A stretch of 64,000 bases of DNA from Torpedo marmorata (Eukaryota): positions 59,024,001 to 59,088,000 of the forward strand of contig OZ360231.1 in assembly GCA_977017645.1 (NCBI GenBank). The letters run 5' to 3'. A model generated the notes under the pieces. The model saw nothing but the letters and a program-made list of their open reading frames with translations. It did not search any database and was not told where the DNA came from. Below, in pieces: positions 11,456 through 23,100 of the stretch. The position numbers were made by a program, and so were the translations under genes. Each line of letters begins with the position of its first letter. The first letter of the stretch is position 1.

Positions 11456-11887
11456 TTCCCCTAATGTTAGGGGCACCACAAAGAGTGCTCATGGAAATTC
11501 TTTGCTTTACAGCAGACAAAAGTTAAAGTATATCATGTATATTACATTTTTTATGTATTATTATGTGACAATAAAAGGAACCTTGAACCTTTACAATTTC
11601 ATGCATCATATTCCTCCGCTCTTTCCCCTTGATCCAACGAATTGTATTTGTGTCTTTCTGAAAGCCCCTTTCCGCCAGCCTTGTAGAGAAACCAAGTTGC
11701 AGATCACAACCAAAGCTTATGGAAGTTTCTCCTCCTATCCCCCCTCACTTCAAGTCACTGAAGGACACGACCGGGAGTAGACTACGTGGAGGAGAGGACG
11801 GGTCAGGACTGCAGCACCCACACAGAGGTTCAGTTGAATGGGGCACAACCCGCACCGTGTGACCCCCCCGGCCCGGCCGCTCCTCAC

Positions 11888-12064
11888 CATCGGCTCCGTC
11901 CGCCTCGGATCGTTCAGCTGCCGCAGGTACTGCAGCTTCAGGCGGGCCCGAATCGCCAGCCTCTCGTCCTGAGCCCGCCGCTCCTCCGCACTCTGCTCCA
12001 GGTACTCCTTGGGGTCGAGGGTGAGGGGCCGGGAGGCCAGCGGCGCCTCTTGATACTGCGCCAT
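11888..12064 (-). CDS. NDUFB4: NDUFB4 exon 1 (coding part)
   Basis: ATG at 12064; MAQYQEAPLASRPLTLDPKEY...ERLAIRARLKLQYLRQLNDPRR; gtgagg donor; lies in a CpG-rich island. Confidence 0.96.
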
Positions 12065-12161
12065 TGCTGCAGAAACTTTATTCACAACGGACAAAACGTC
12101 CTCCAAACGCAACTTTATTGACACCACCAATTATCAGGCCGCTCACGATCACCGGTCCGGC

Positions 12162-12173
12162 TAAGCATGCGCA
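12162..12173 (-). promoter_or_regulatory. NRF1-like site in the NDUFB4 promoter
   Basis: TGCGCATGCtta (9/12 match to TGCGCATGCGCA) about 100 nt upstream of the ATG in CpG-rich DNA. NRF1 is an established regulator of nuclear OXPHOS genes. Confidence 0.5.
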
Positions 12174-12354
12174 TTCGCTACCGGCCGGCAGTGCCCTCCG
12201 GTGGCAAGAAATGGGACCAACAAGGAAGCTGCGAGCATCATCCTCCAGGTCCCCAAACAAATGCAGCAAACGGGCACCAGTTCAGTACTTGATCCATCAC
12301 AGCAGTTCGGAGAAGAATCCAACCCACTTTTATCTTGACGGTCATCCTTGAATA

Positions 12355-12958
12355 TGCACCTCCTCCATCACCACCATTCGGGACCCCAAACAGTCCAAGT
12401 GAAGCAACATTTCACTTGTGAATCTGCAGGGGTCATCTGGTGCTCCTGTTGCGGTCTCCTCTACATCGGAGACTGGGCGCAGACTGAGCGATCACTTCGT
12501 TGAGCACCTCAGCTCTGTCCTCCGCAATAGCGTGGATCTCCCAGTGACCACCCATTTCAATCCCCCGTCTCATTCCCTTGCTGACATGTCTGTCCATGGT
12601 CTCATGCACTGCCAGACTGAGACCTCCCGCAAATTGAAGGAACACCTCATCTTCCGACTGGGCACCCTGCACCCGGATGGCATTAACATTGACTTCTCCA
12701 TTTTCTATTAAGCCCCCACCCACCCCCGACGTCTTTCACCCAGCTCTGTCTCTCTCTTCCCTTTTCTCTCTGTCTCCTTTCACTGAGCTAAAATCGGTTC
12801 TCACTTCTCTTATCATAGCCAATTAACACCTTTTGTTGGTCTGGACTCCTCCCCTGCCATTCTTCAGTCTATTCTGACGCCTTCCTGTTCTTTGCTTATT
12901 CCTTGAAGGGCTCAGGCCCGAAACGTCAATAATATATCTTCACCTCCTATGGATGCTC
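12355..12958 (+). mobile_element. Penelope-like element 3' fragment
   Basis: ORF 12418-12711: ETGRRLSDHFVEHL...HFN...HLIFRLGTLHPDGINIDFS. Confidence 0.9.
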
Positions 12959-13605
12959 TGTCAAATTTAGTTGTTTTTTTTTTTTAAAAAGACAGAGGTT
13001 TGAACAGCAGCATTTAAGTACACTGTAAATGTAAATTTGTTAACATTTGAACATGCAATACAAATTCTCCCGAAGTAAAAAGCCCTCAATGGATTACCAA
13101 ACACATTAAAAATACAGAAGAAAAATGAAGATTAAAACTGACAGCCATCAGAGCACGTTTCCCAATCCTCAAGATAAACAAACTCTCACCGTTTCAGTAA
13201 TGCGCACATCTGGTGCCTTCTCAAGATTAATCCATGCAACAAATGTTGAAAACATTTGCAACACAAGACTGTTGCATGGGAATTGGTAGATTCCTGGGTC
13301 TTCAATGAATCAAGGAATATGAAAATATTAAAGGATATTCAGGAAAAAAAATGGCATTGAGGTAGAAAATCAGCCACGATCTTGATGAATGGCTCAAAAG
13401 ATCCAAATGATCTATTCCCAATTCTCTTGTTCTCAACATTAAGTGGCTCTAATGCTACCAAAATTGAATAAATCTTTTACAGACCTTGTCCCTTTACAAC
13501 TAATTTAATATATCAATGAATTGAAAGTATTACTTTATTTAAAATAATCAACCATGATATGAAAAATGCTATTTTTAAATATATAAATTCAAAATCATCT
13601 GAATA

Positions 13606-15000
13606 AAATGGCGGCACTTCCAGAGCTGCTGTAACGGCAGCACTGCTGCTGGTGCGGATCCGCGGAGAGGAGACAGTGTTCTTCCGCAGGGTTCTACCGC
13701 CCTGTCCAACTACTGACAGCTCGCTACAGGCTTTAAACGGCCTGTTATAGGAGCTGACGGTGGTTTATTTTAAAATCCTGCTGATAGAATGTAAAGAAAG
13801 GGGTTAGGTATTTTTGAGATGGAAAAAGTACTTGGGTACTTTTAAAGATGAAAAACCATGAACTGCCACATTCCAGAAATACTGAAGCAGATAATGGTAG
13901 CCTTCCATGCTGGCTGTTCAAGGTTGTGTAAAATAAATAATGTTTCGCTCACCAGAGGTCTTGTAACATTTTGTTAAACAAAGCCAATTAGTGAAGAATA
14001 GATTAACTTGTTTTTGAGAATCTATTAATTTGTTGTCTACCAAGACGACGAACAGATGCGTCATGATGCTTGGTTGCTAAGGCAACTACATTCTTGCCTG
14101 AGATAAGTTATACTCCAAGGCTATGGGAGAGTTAAGAAAATCAGTTGCGTCCTTTGTTATTAATGCTCTATAAAAGTTTACATTTATGCTTACGTGTGCT
14201 TTTTGGGCTAATCCTGTAGATTTATGATTATGTCAATCTACTGTTATTGGGGCGTGTATAATTTTGCCCATCTTTTGAAAGTATAAAAAACCATGTTTCT
14301 TTTGTCTAGTTGGAGTCCTTTGAGAGTGCAGAAGGAGAGATCTCCCAGGTAGCTTGCTACTCAATAAACTTATTTACTGCATTCGTAGTGCTGTGCGTTT
14401 TGTTACAGCGGGCGGCGATCACACCGCCAACGCTGGATCTGGGCCCCAAGATGGCGCCTATGATCGGCAGCGGTGACGAGGGGTTGCAGACTCCAGGGAA
14501 GCGGAGGCCTATCGCAAGGCACCAGAAAATTGGGGAGACCACCCCCCATTTGAGAAGGAGAAACAGAGGAGACGACCCACCAGACAGTGACCACAGTGGC
14601 GGACCAGTGAGGGGCTCAGGCTGAAGAACAGGCAGCGGGCTGTTGGTGACTCAAGGTGAGGAACTCACGCAGGCTGCGGAAGACTGGTTGAAGGGGTTAC
14701 TAGGTTCGGAACCGAGATGTGAGGAGGTGCAGAGGATGCCGAGGGCTTCCTGATCATGTCGTAGGTTTGGATCTGGAGCTTAGGTTGCCGATGGTTTGGA
14801 CTGAAGGCTGTGTGGCTGGAGGCGAAGCCATGGACACTCAGTGACCCTGGGGGAACTCTTTTGCTTCTCTTTCTCTCGCTGTAAGGGGCGCTGGGCAATT
14901 TTTGCTGATAGCAAATCTTTGTCTGCCTTACGGTAGACTAAAGGAAATTTTGTGTAATATCATATTTTCTGTTTAATTACATGACAGTAAAAGAATCTTG
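13606..15000 (+). mobile_element. GC-rich non-autonomous retroelement, split by an LTR
   Basis: Begins aaaatggcgg (YY1-like), resumes at 14408 and ends in the catgacagtaaaagaatc tail; no RT coding sequence recognisable. Confidence 0.65.
13782..14407 (+). mobile_element. Solo LTR (family B)
   Basis: TGATA...TTACA termini, TATAAAA at about 14282 and AATAAA at about 14363; TSD not evident. Confidence 0.65.
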
Positions 15001-16991
15001 AAAATAGCACATAATTCTCATTAGAAACTCTTGTACTACCAGCGAGCTATTATATGGAAAGTGTTTGATATGGTTCAATGTACAATTCTAAATTAATCAG
15101 AGTATTTAAAACAAAGTACAAGAAGCTCATTAAAGGAGTACATTTCTAGCTTAAGGAACAAAGATCATTTTTGCAAACTTCACTAACATTGGTAGAGTAA
15201 TAGTACAATGAAACCCTCCATGAGAATTGATTTATTTATACGACTTTTATTCTCAAACAAATTTCAGTACTGCAATGTTAAAATATTTTGAAATATCTTA
15301 CAAATTTAAACAATGACAAGGCAAGTGATAAAAGCCTAAAAATCTGATAGTAAATAGATTTTATTAAAATATTTCACAATTATAAATGTTGAATCAAACT
15401 CATCACAAGTAAATCAGTAAATCATAGCATATCAACAGCTATAGATGAAACAAAATGTCAACAAACATTTCAGGTGCAATATAGAAGGATATTTTAATTC
15501 TATCAATTTAATAACTGTCTTCATTCTTAAGTAATTTTCACTTTTATTGTTTAGAATGAATTGTATCAGAAGGAATGAAACAGAAAATTCAGGAAACACT
15601 CAGCAGAATCTGTGGAAAGAGAAGATCCAAGACTGTCAGAATTGAGAAAGGGAGAAACGACACAGGTAGTGCAGCTAGCAGAGAAGATTGGAGGGAAAAT
15701 GGTGGAACAAAGGGAATTTTTCTGACAGCGTAAAATAATAAGGCTGTTAATCTGCTTTACCTGTGTTATGTGCTGCTAATGTTGTAAAGTCTAGGTAATG
15801 TTGTACTCTCTGGTCTACTGGATCAAGCACAGCAAGCCAGGCCACACAAATGAAAGAAAAAGGGAACAAAGGGATGGGAGAAATGACCAGTTCTGATAGA
15901 AAAAGCAATTTATCTATTAATACCTCAGGCTACAATGTGCCCTGGTTAAAAATGAGGTATTGTTCTGAGAGACTGTGATATCTCACTCTTTCTGTCCTTT
16001 CCTTTCATTATATAATCTGACCAGCAGGCATGCAAGACACAGACTTTACAATATATACCTCACATTAAACAGATATAGGAGCTTAGCTGCCCTTTAGCAG
16101 CCACAATATTTCCTACCCATCTTCTCTACAACCAGCTTCTTTTTTTTCTGTTCTGACGAAGGGGCTCTGCCCTGCAACAATGACTGTTTCTCTTTCCACA
16201 GATGCTGCCTGACCTGCTGAGCTTTTCCAGCAGTTTGATTTTATTTCAGATTTCCTGTGTCTGCAGTTTCTTGCACTGCAGGAGAAAATACACGTGTGGA
16301 TGAACCTACACAAACATTTCAACCCCCCACCAAAACTGAAAGACCTGTCCACTATTTGTTTGTGCATCATCTATAAAAGGCAAAATGTTTAAAAGTGAAA
16401 AAGGTTTTACCTGTGAATAACTCAAAACAACAAAGAAAGACATCAGAATCTAGAATTTTGGATGTGTGAGCATTTTGCAACTTTATGTCTAACACTTAGG
16501 TCAGGCCTACAACAGGAAAAATTGAATAATAATATGTGGTCTCAAAACAAGTTTCTGATTTCCAGAATTAATGCTTGAGGGCCTTAATGATTAGCAGCAA
16601 AATTGGCATTATTAGGGCCAACAGTTCAGGAAGATGGTTTTGCCAAGTTCCTTCAAATTTAGAATTAGGTTCCTCCTTGAAGTCATTGGTTTTTATTTAT
16701 TTAAACTCTGCAGTTGCCATACACTCCATCATTTGCGCAAAACATTTGTTGGGCCAAAGGACCCGTTTCAATTCTGTAAAACTCTACGACTCTATAGTAG
16801 CAGGTAACCAGCAAGAACCATTTTGTCAGCTATGCTGCAACCAACTACATTTTTGCACTGAAGCTCTTGTACAATCCAACAAGAAGCAAATTGGGATAAA
16901 TTAACAGGAGACATAGCATGGGATAATGAAAAAAAAAGCCACTAAAAAGAGAGGCATCTTCAAATTTCAGCCTTAAATATCCAAGGCTTGA

Positions 16992-16997
16992 TTTATT
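16992..16997 (-). promoter_or_regulatory. Amidase gene polyadenylation signal
   Basis: AATAAA about 73 nt after the stop codon at 17070. Confidence 0.55.
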
Positions 16998-17069
16998 CTT
17001 TTGTTTGAGTAACAAGGAAGAATTGACTCAAGACTGCAAGACATACACCACCTTGTAATGAATGCTTCA

Positions 17070-17177
17070 TTACAGAAGGTCGTAATAAATATGAGGCTTC
17101 TTAGTTTCAGCACGGAACTGTTCCACCTTCAATCCAACCCGAAAAAGAATTGCTTCATCCCACCATTTACTCATAAT
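17070..17177 (-). CDS. Amidase last exon
   Basis: ccag acceptor; [35 protein letters not shown]. Confidence 0.92.
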   Translation of the reverse strand: MMSKWWDEAILFRVGLKVEQFRAETKKPHIYYDLL

Positions 17178-20100
17178 CTGGAAGGAAGGATTAGAATTAT
17201 TATTGTAACCGCATGATATTTTTTACTACAAAGACCCAAAGATACAATAACAGTAATTCAGCTTCAAGTAAAGTCAGATGGGAATACAGCAATGCAATCC
17301 AGTCACATACACCTCTTCTAACTACTGTATCAGAACAAAATATTGAGCTGATTCATGGCAAATGAAAAGCAAGCATCTCAGGGAAAGCAAATGACATTAC
17401 CTGAAGGTTAATGGGTAGACCGGAGGAGCTGTATCCAACAGGAACCACAAGAGAGGGGATTCCTGTCAAATTTGCAAGCTGCATATATCTGAGATGGGGA
17501 AAGAAAAAAAAAAAGAATCTGCATGTTAGAGGTAAAATTTATCATTATGTCAATAATGGATTTCATTTGCCTTTCTATTCATGGCATTACTCCAAATCCA
17601 ATTACTACTTCTTGATTCAAACATCAGAGCATAGACCTGGAATCTTTAGAGCAGAATAATGCCTATTTCCTACTGCACTGTATATGGTCTACGACTCTAC
17701 AACTTCACATACATACATGCTTTTAGAGCATTACTGAAGGGGCTCCATTCTCTGCATGCCCTCCATTCCCTCCACAACCCAGACACCAAGACAGAAAACC
17801 AACACATGGCTTCTACCATGTCAATCCTATTCAGGACTTTTTAAAGTGGCCTTTAAACAATTCTCAATCCATGTTAATGCATTACCCTCAATCTCCACTG
17901 CCATCAGATTCCTGAATGATCAATGAACCAAAGACACTGCCTTACTTTGACTTTTCATGCACTATTTTTTATTTATTTTTGTAAGGTGGTTTATATGAAT
18001 GTTTGCACTATGATGCTGCTGAAAAACAACAAACTTCATGACTTTTCATGACAATAAATTCTGATCTTTTGTGTAGTACTTTATTAAATGCCTTTCAACA
18101 ATCTCTACTAGTCCCCATTTATTCTGGTGGATAAATCTTCAAAATTTGTATTAGATCTGTCAAATATTATTTCCCCTGATGCCAACTCTCCCCTTTACAT
18201 TATGGTTTCCTCAAGCCCAATTTCCATTTCCTTAAAGATGGATTCCAACATTTTGCAAACAATAAATATAAGCCCAACTGCTCTGCAATTCCTTATTCTT
18301 CTTTGCACAGGCCTTTTAAAATAGCAGCACTAATTGTGTACCTTCCTTTACCCTGGCACTATTCAAGAACAGGGGATTTCAAAAATCATTATTATTGCAC
18401 ACAATTTCTGGAGGGCAATACGCAAAAGTGCTGGAGAAACTCAGCAGGTCATGCAGCATCTATGGGAGGTAAAGGGTAACCAACGTTTCGGACCAGTAGG
18501 ACAATAACTGATACAACAAAATTATTTGCTTGTTGTCTTCATTTCTCCCTCTTCCCCATTATAATTTCTTATCAATGTTTATTTGGATTCCACATTTATT
18601 TTTACTGCTCCCTTCCTTTTACTCAATTGTGGAAGCCCAGAATTATTGCTTTCTTGATCATTTATTCTCAATCTCTTGCTCATTTGTGTGTGCTTCTGAA
18701 ACAGACAAGTTTTTGCTAGACGTCATAGGTGGATGAACTGTAAAACAAATAAAAGGTGCAGGAGGTTCCACAGGAAGAGTTCAAGAGGCCGACGAGGAGG
18801 AGGTTTGGAAATGCAATAGTTACATTTGTTTTGAGGTGATTGGGTTGAACAAGATCAGGATGAGGTGGGTGTAGAGTGGATTGTGGAGGGTCATGTGTCC
18901 TCTCCGTCTGTAACCTGGTGGGAGTGTGGAGTGTAAGCAGTTACTGGTATCGGTAGTGTTAAGTCCGATGTGACTGGTTGCACTGTGTTGTGAGATTGAG
19001 AATACTTGCGGGTGTTATCCCTGTTGCAATTCCCTTACGGGTTTCAATAATGATTGTTTCTCCATTCAGCCTGTGTCCAGACCCACTATTCTTTGAGAGA
19101 AACACGATAGGCTGCAGACGCTGTGACTGTCGTAAAAACACCAAAAATTTTACCACTATTCTTTGAACCCACCGAACTTTTTCCTTCCCACACAACAGTG
19201 GACAATAGGGGATTCAAGGACAACAGAGAGGTGGGGACAGGGAGGGTGCTCGTGTGTGTATAAAGATAGAGAAATTTAGAGGCGGAAATAAATTATAGGA
19301 GGTCAGGGAAATCGAGTTGGAGATTGAAATCACTGGGCACATGAAGTCACAAAGTGCACCCTCTAGTTTGTCAATGAAAATATTGAGAGCAGATGAAACA
19401 AAAGGTACCAAGGTTAATAAATGTATTGGGAGAGGGGAGAAGTAGAGTGTGACCTCACTTTGTAAGGCAGAAAAAAAACTCCATATTTTCAGCTTTTAAA
19501 TATAACTAGCACTTTGTTTAATTGCAGCATGTTTCATTATTAACAGATCACTACTTTAAAAAATTGCCATCTTTTTTCCAATATTCCTACCCATTAATCC
19601 TTTTATTTACCTTACTGTGCTGAAAAGGGTATGAAGATCACAGCAACCAGTGCTGAAGTCCGATGGTTTAGAAGGTAGAGCAGTGTTGGGTATTGCTACA
19701 AATTGACAAAAATACCAAAATAAAACAAGATTCACAAAATTGCCAAAAATCTGTTAAATAAATGAAGACTACCTGCATAAAAATTGGTTGCAAATTTGCT
19801 GCCCGTTTTTAAACAAGATTTCCATCTGAAAGAGTTTTTACTTTCTTTTTTTAAAAAAAAAACACAGCACAGTAACAGGCCCTTCCGGCACATGAGCCCG
19901 TACCGCCCAATTAACCTACAACCCCTCTAAGCTATGAAGGGTGGGAGGAAACCAGAACACCTGGAAAAAAACTCTCGCGATCACGGGGAGAACGTACAAA
20001 CTCCTTACAGACAGCGCCAGATTCGAACCCTGGCGCTGTAACAGCGTCACACTAACCACTACACTAACCATGCCACTCCAAATTGCACATAATGCTGTTC

Positions 20101-23100
20101 TATGGAGTATTCATTCTGGAAATCAGATTAGTCACTTGTCTACGAATAGGATTACCAAGCAATCCTTTACAACAGACAATTCTGAAATTCAGCCATCATT
20201 TTAGATCTCAAACATGAAAGACTATAGTCTCAATTGATGGTCTAAATAGGATTGAAATAGTTTTGCAAATCAACAATCAGGCAAACCCTGCCCAGGAAGA
20301 ATTATTTAATGTTGTGAATTTATTTCTAGCCTCAGATATCTCACTTCAGGCAATGAAACTGCAAAGATACATCATTCAATATTTCATGTATTAATGAAAC
20401 AATCAACTAAATATCATTTTAAACTAGTTACTTAATTTCAATAGAATATTTTTCTAGTGGGGAAAATTACAAGGGTTGCAATAGAGGAAAAACCCTTGCC
20501 TTTATCACCAATACATTTTTAAACAATTTCTCACTGCTGCAAAGATTTGCTATAATCTAATCTTCTTATCAAATGTACTCTTGGGAGTTTACCATTTGAA
20601 TGGTTCATTTTCTCAAGCTCTCTTTTGAATCCAGACGTATTAACATTGGCCTTTTATTGAGATTGTGAATACAGCACCTTAAAGAATGCTGCAAGGAAGC
20701 TCTTGGATTCACTTAGAATACATTCTAACTCTAGAGATGACACATTTAATTTCTGCCTCCTGATGTTATCTAAATTTGGTGAAGGTTGTCAGAAAATCCC
20801 AAACATTTCCAGTTTCCTATTGATCATGATAAATATCCTCCATTAAGCTCTCTATGCCAGCTCAATGGATAATAGCAATTTATAAGTGCTGATTGTTGAC
20901 TTCAGGAAGGGAATGCCAGAGGTATATAATCCAGTGATCATTGGGGAAGAGGTTGAGCAAATTTAAGTTCTTGGGAGTCACTATCTCAGGAGGATCTTTC
21001 CTGGACCCAACGCACTAATGGCATCGTGAAGAAAGCACGTCAGTGCCTCTACTTCGTCAGGAGTTTGCGGAGGTTTGGTATTACAGAAACCCTGGCAAAT
21101 TTCTACAGATGTGGTGGAAAATGTGCTGACCAGCTGCATCACAGTCTGGTATAGAGACATCAATACCCCTGAGCGTAAAGCCCTGCAAAAGGTAGTGGAC
21201 ACAGCCCAGGACATCACAGGCAAAATCCTTCCCACTATTGAGAACATCTACAGGGAACGCTGCCGTCAGAGAGCAGCAGCAATCATCAAGGATCCACTCC
21301 ACCCAACAAATGCTCTGTTCTCGCTGCTGCCATCAGGAAAGAGGAATAGGTGCCACAAGACTTGCACCACCAGGTTCAGGAACAGCTGCTACCCCTCTAA
21401 CATTAGACTCCTCAACAACAAACTCAATCAGGGACTCATTTAAGGACTCTTACTTGTGCACTTTATTGATTTGTTTATTCTCTCTGCATTGCATTGTTTA
21501 CATTTGTTATCTGTTTACACTTATTTGTTTACATGTATACACTGTGTACATTTATTTTTTGCACTACCAATAAGTGGTAATTCTGCCTCGCCCACAGAAA
21601 AAAGAATCTCAGGGTTGTATGTGATGTCATGTATGTACTCTGACAATAAATCTGATGGACAAGGTTAGTTAAAGTTGCTTTTATCCACAATGTGTAATCC
21701 ACAGCAGGCCAAGAGGTGGAAATGGAAAATCGCAACCTTCCTCAACAAAATTCTACCCAATATACGGTATTTATTAGTTCAACTGGTTGGAAAGAACAGG
21801 TCCAATGGGTGCTAGCTTATAAATTCCAAGGCAGAGCATGAAGGTCAATCACAAATATAAATTAAAAACATTGATTTAAACATGACTTAATAGGGTCACT
21901 ATTTGATTTGCACATTGGTATTTAATTTTACTTTGGATTGGACAAGAGAATAGCCTTACCTGGTGTAATGATGCATTGCACATCCTTGAATATTTCTTTC
22001 AGGAAATGCATGGACCGTGATCGCTGCCGGGCAGCCTGTGAGAAGGAAAGCAGATAACCAAGGAAATGGCAGTCTTAAAGGTTCACCTTTTACTGGTGGA
22101 AAAACTGAGTTCAACAAAAAGATAGAGGACAAATGGAATAGGTGTGGAGAGATAAACAGGAAACACCCCACCCCTCAATCATATCACCCTTTCACCAAAT
22201 CTCAGATCCATCCTGAAAAGCAACACACACTGCATTTTTTTCGACTTGATTCTACAGCAGCACCATGAGAATGGTCTCATTCTGTGTTGTAATAAATATG
22301 AAAATATGCATGTAAAGATCACACATCATAGATATCAATCACTCCAAGGAAATCAGGTTGTTCTCAAGCCTGTGGGTCTCCAAGAGACTCCCAGCCACTG
22401 GGTCAGGAAGTGTGGTGATACCAGGACTTTAAGGATCAGATCATTGACTAGGAAGCTATCTGAAGTGAGTCCGAGATCTTCTGTGCATTTGACACACTGT
22501 GATCCTGCAAGGAATATCACCTGCTGTTTGGAGCACATGGCACATCTCACACCATAATGACCAAATTCAATCACATGGTGCACATAAGTATTACCCATCA
22601 AATTTCTTGACCCTTATGTTTTCTATTCTTTCAAAATAATTTCTCCATATTTTACCCCATCTACCTTAATAGAGCCATAGTTATACAGCCTCTGCCCACC
22701 TCAGCCCTGTCGACCAAGTTGTTTACTTGAGCTAGTTCCATTTGTCTGTATTTGGCCCACATCTCTCTAAACCTTTCCTATACATGTATTGTTCAACATC
22801 TTAAATGTTGTCATTGTATTTGCCTCTACAGCTTCCTCTGGCAGTTCATTCCACATAGCTACCACTCCTTTTGTGGAAAAGCTTGCTCCTCCACTCCTCT
22901 AAAGTTTTCCTCTCTCACCTTAAATCTAAGCCCTTTTATAGTTTTAGAGTCTTCTATCCTAGGGGGAAAAAAGACTGACTGTTTATCTTATCCATGCCTC
23001 TCATGATTTTACATACCTCCACAAGGTCACTCCCTCCATTTCCTACATTCCAGGGAAAAATGTCCAAGCCTATTCAGCCTCCCCTTGTAACTCAAGGCCT

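Noticed and set aside
11750-12130. 126-aa single-exon ORF
   Set aside because: It is NDUFB4 exon 1 read through the 5' UTR and into intron 1; the true start is 12064 and the donor is at 11887.
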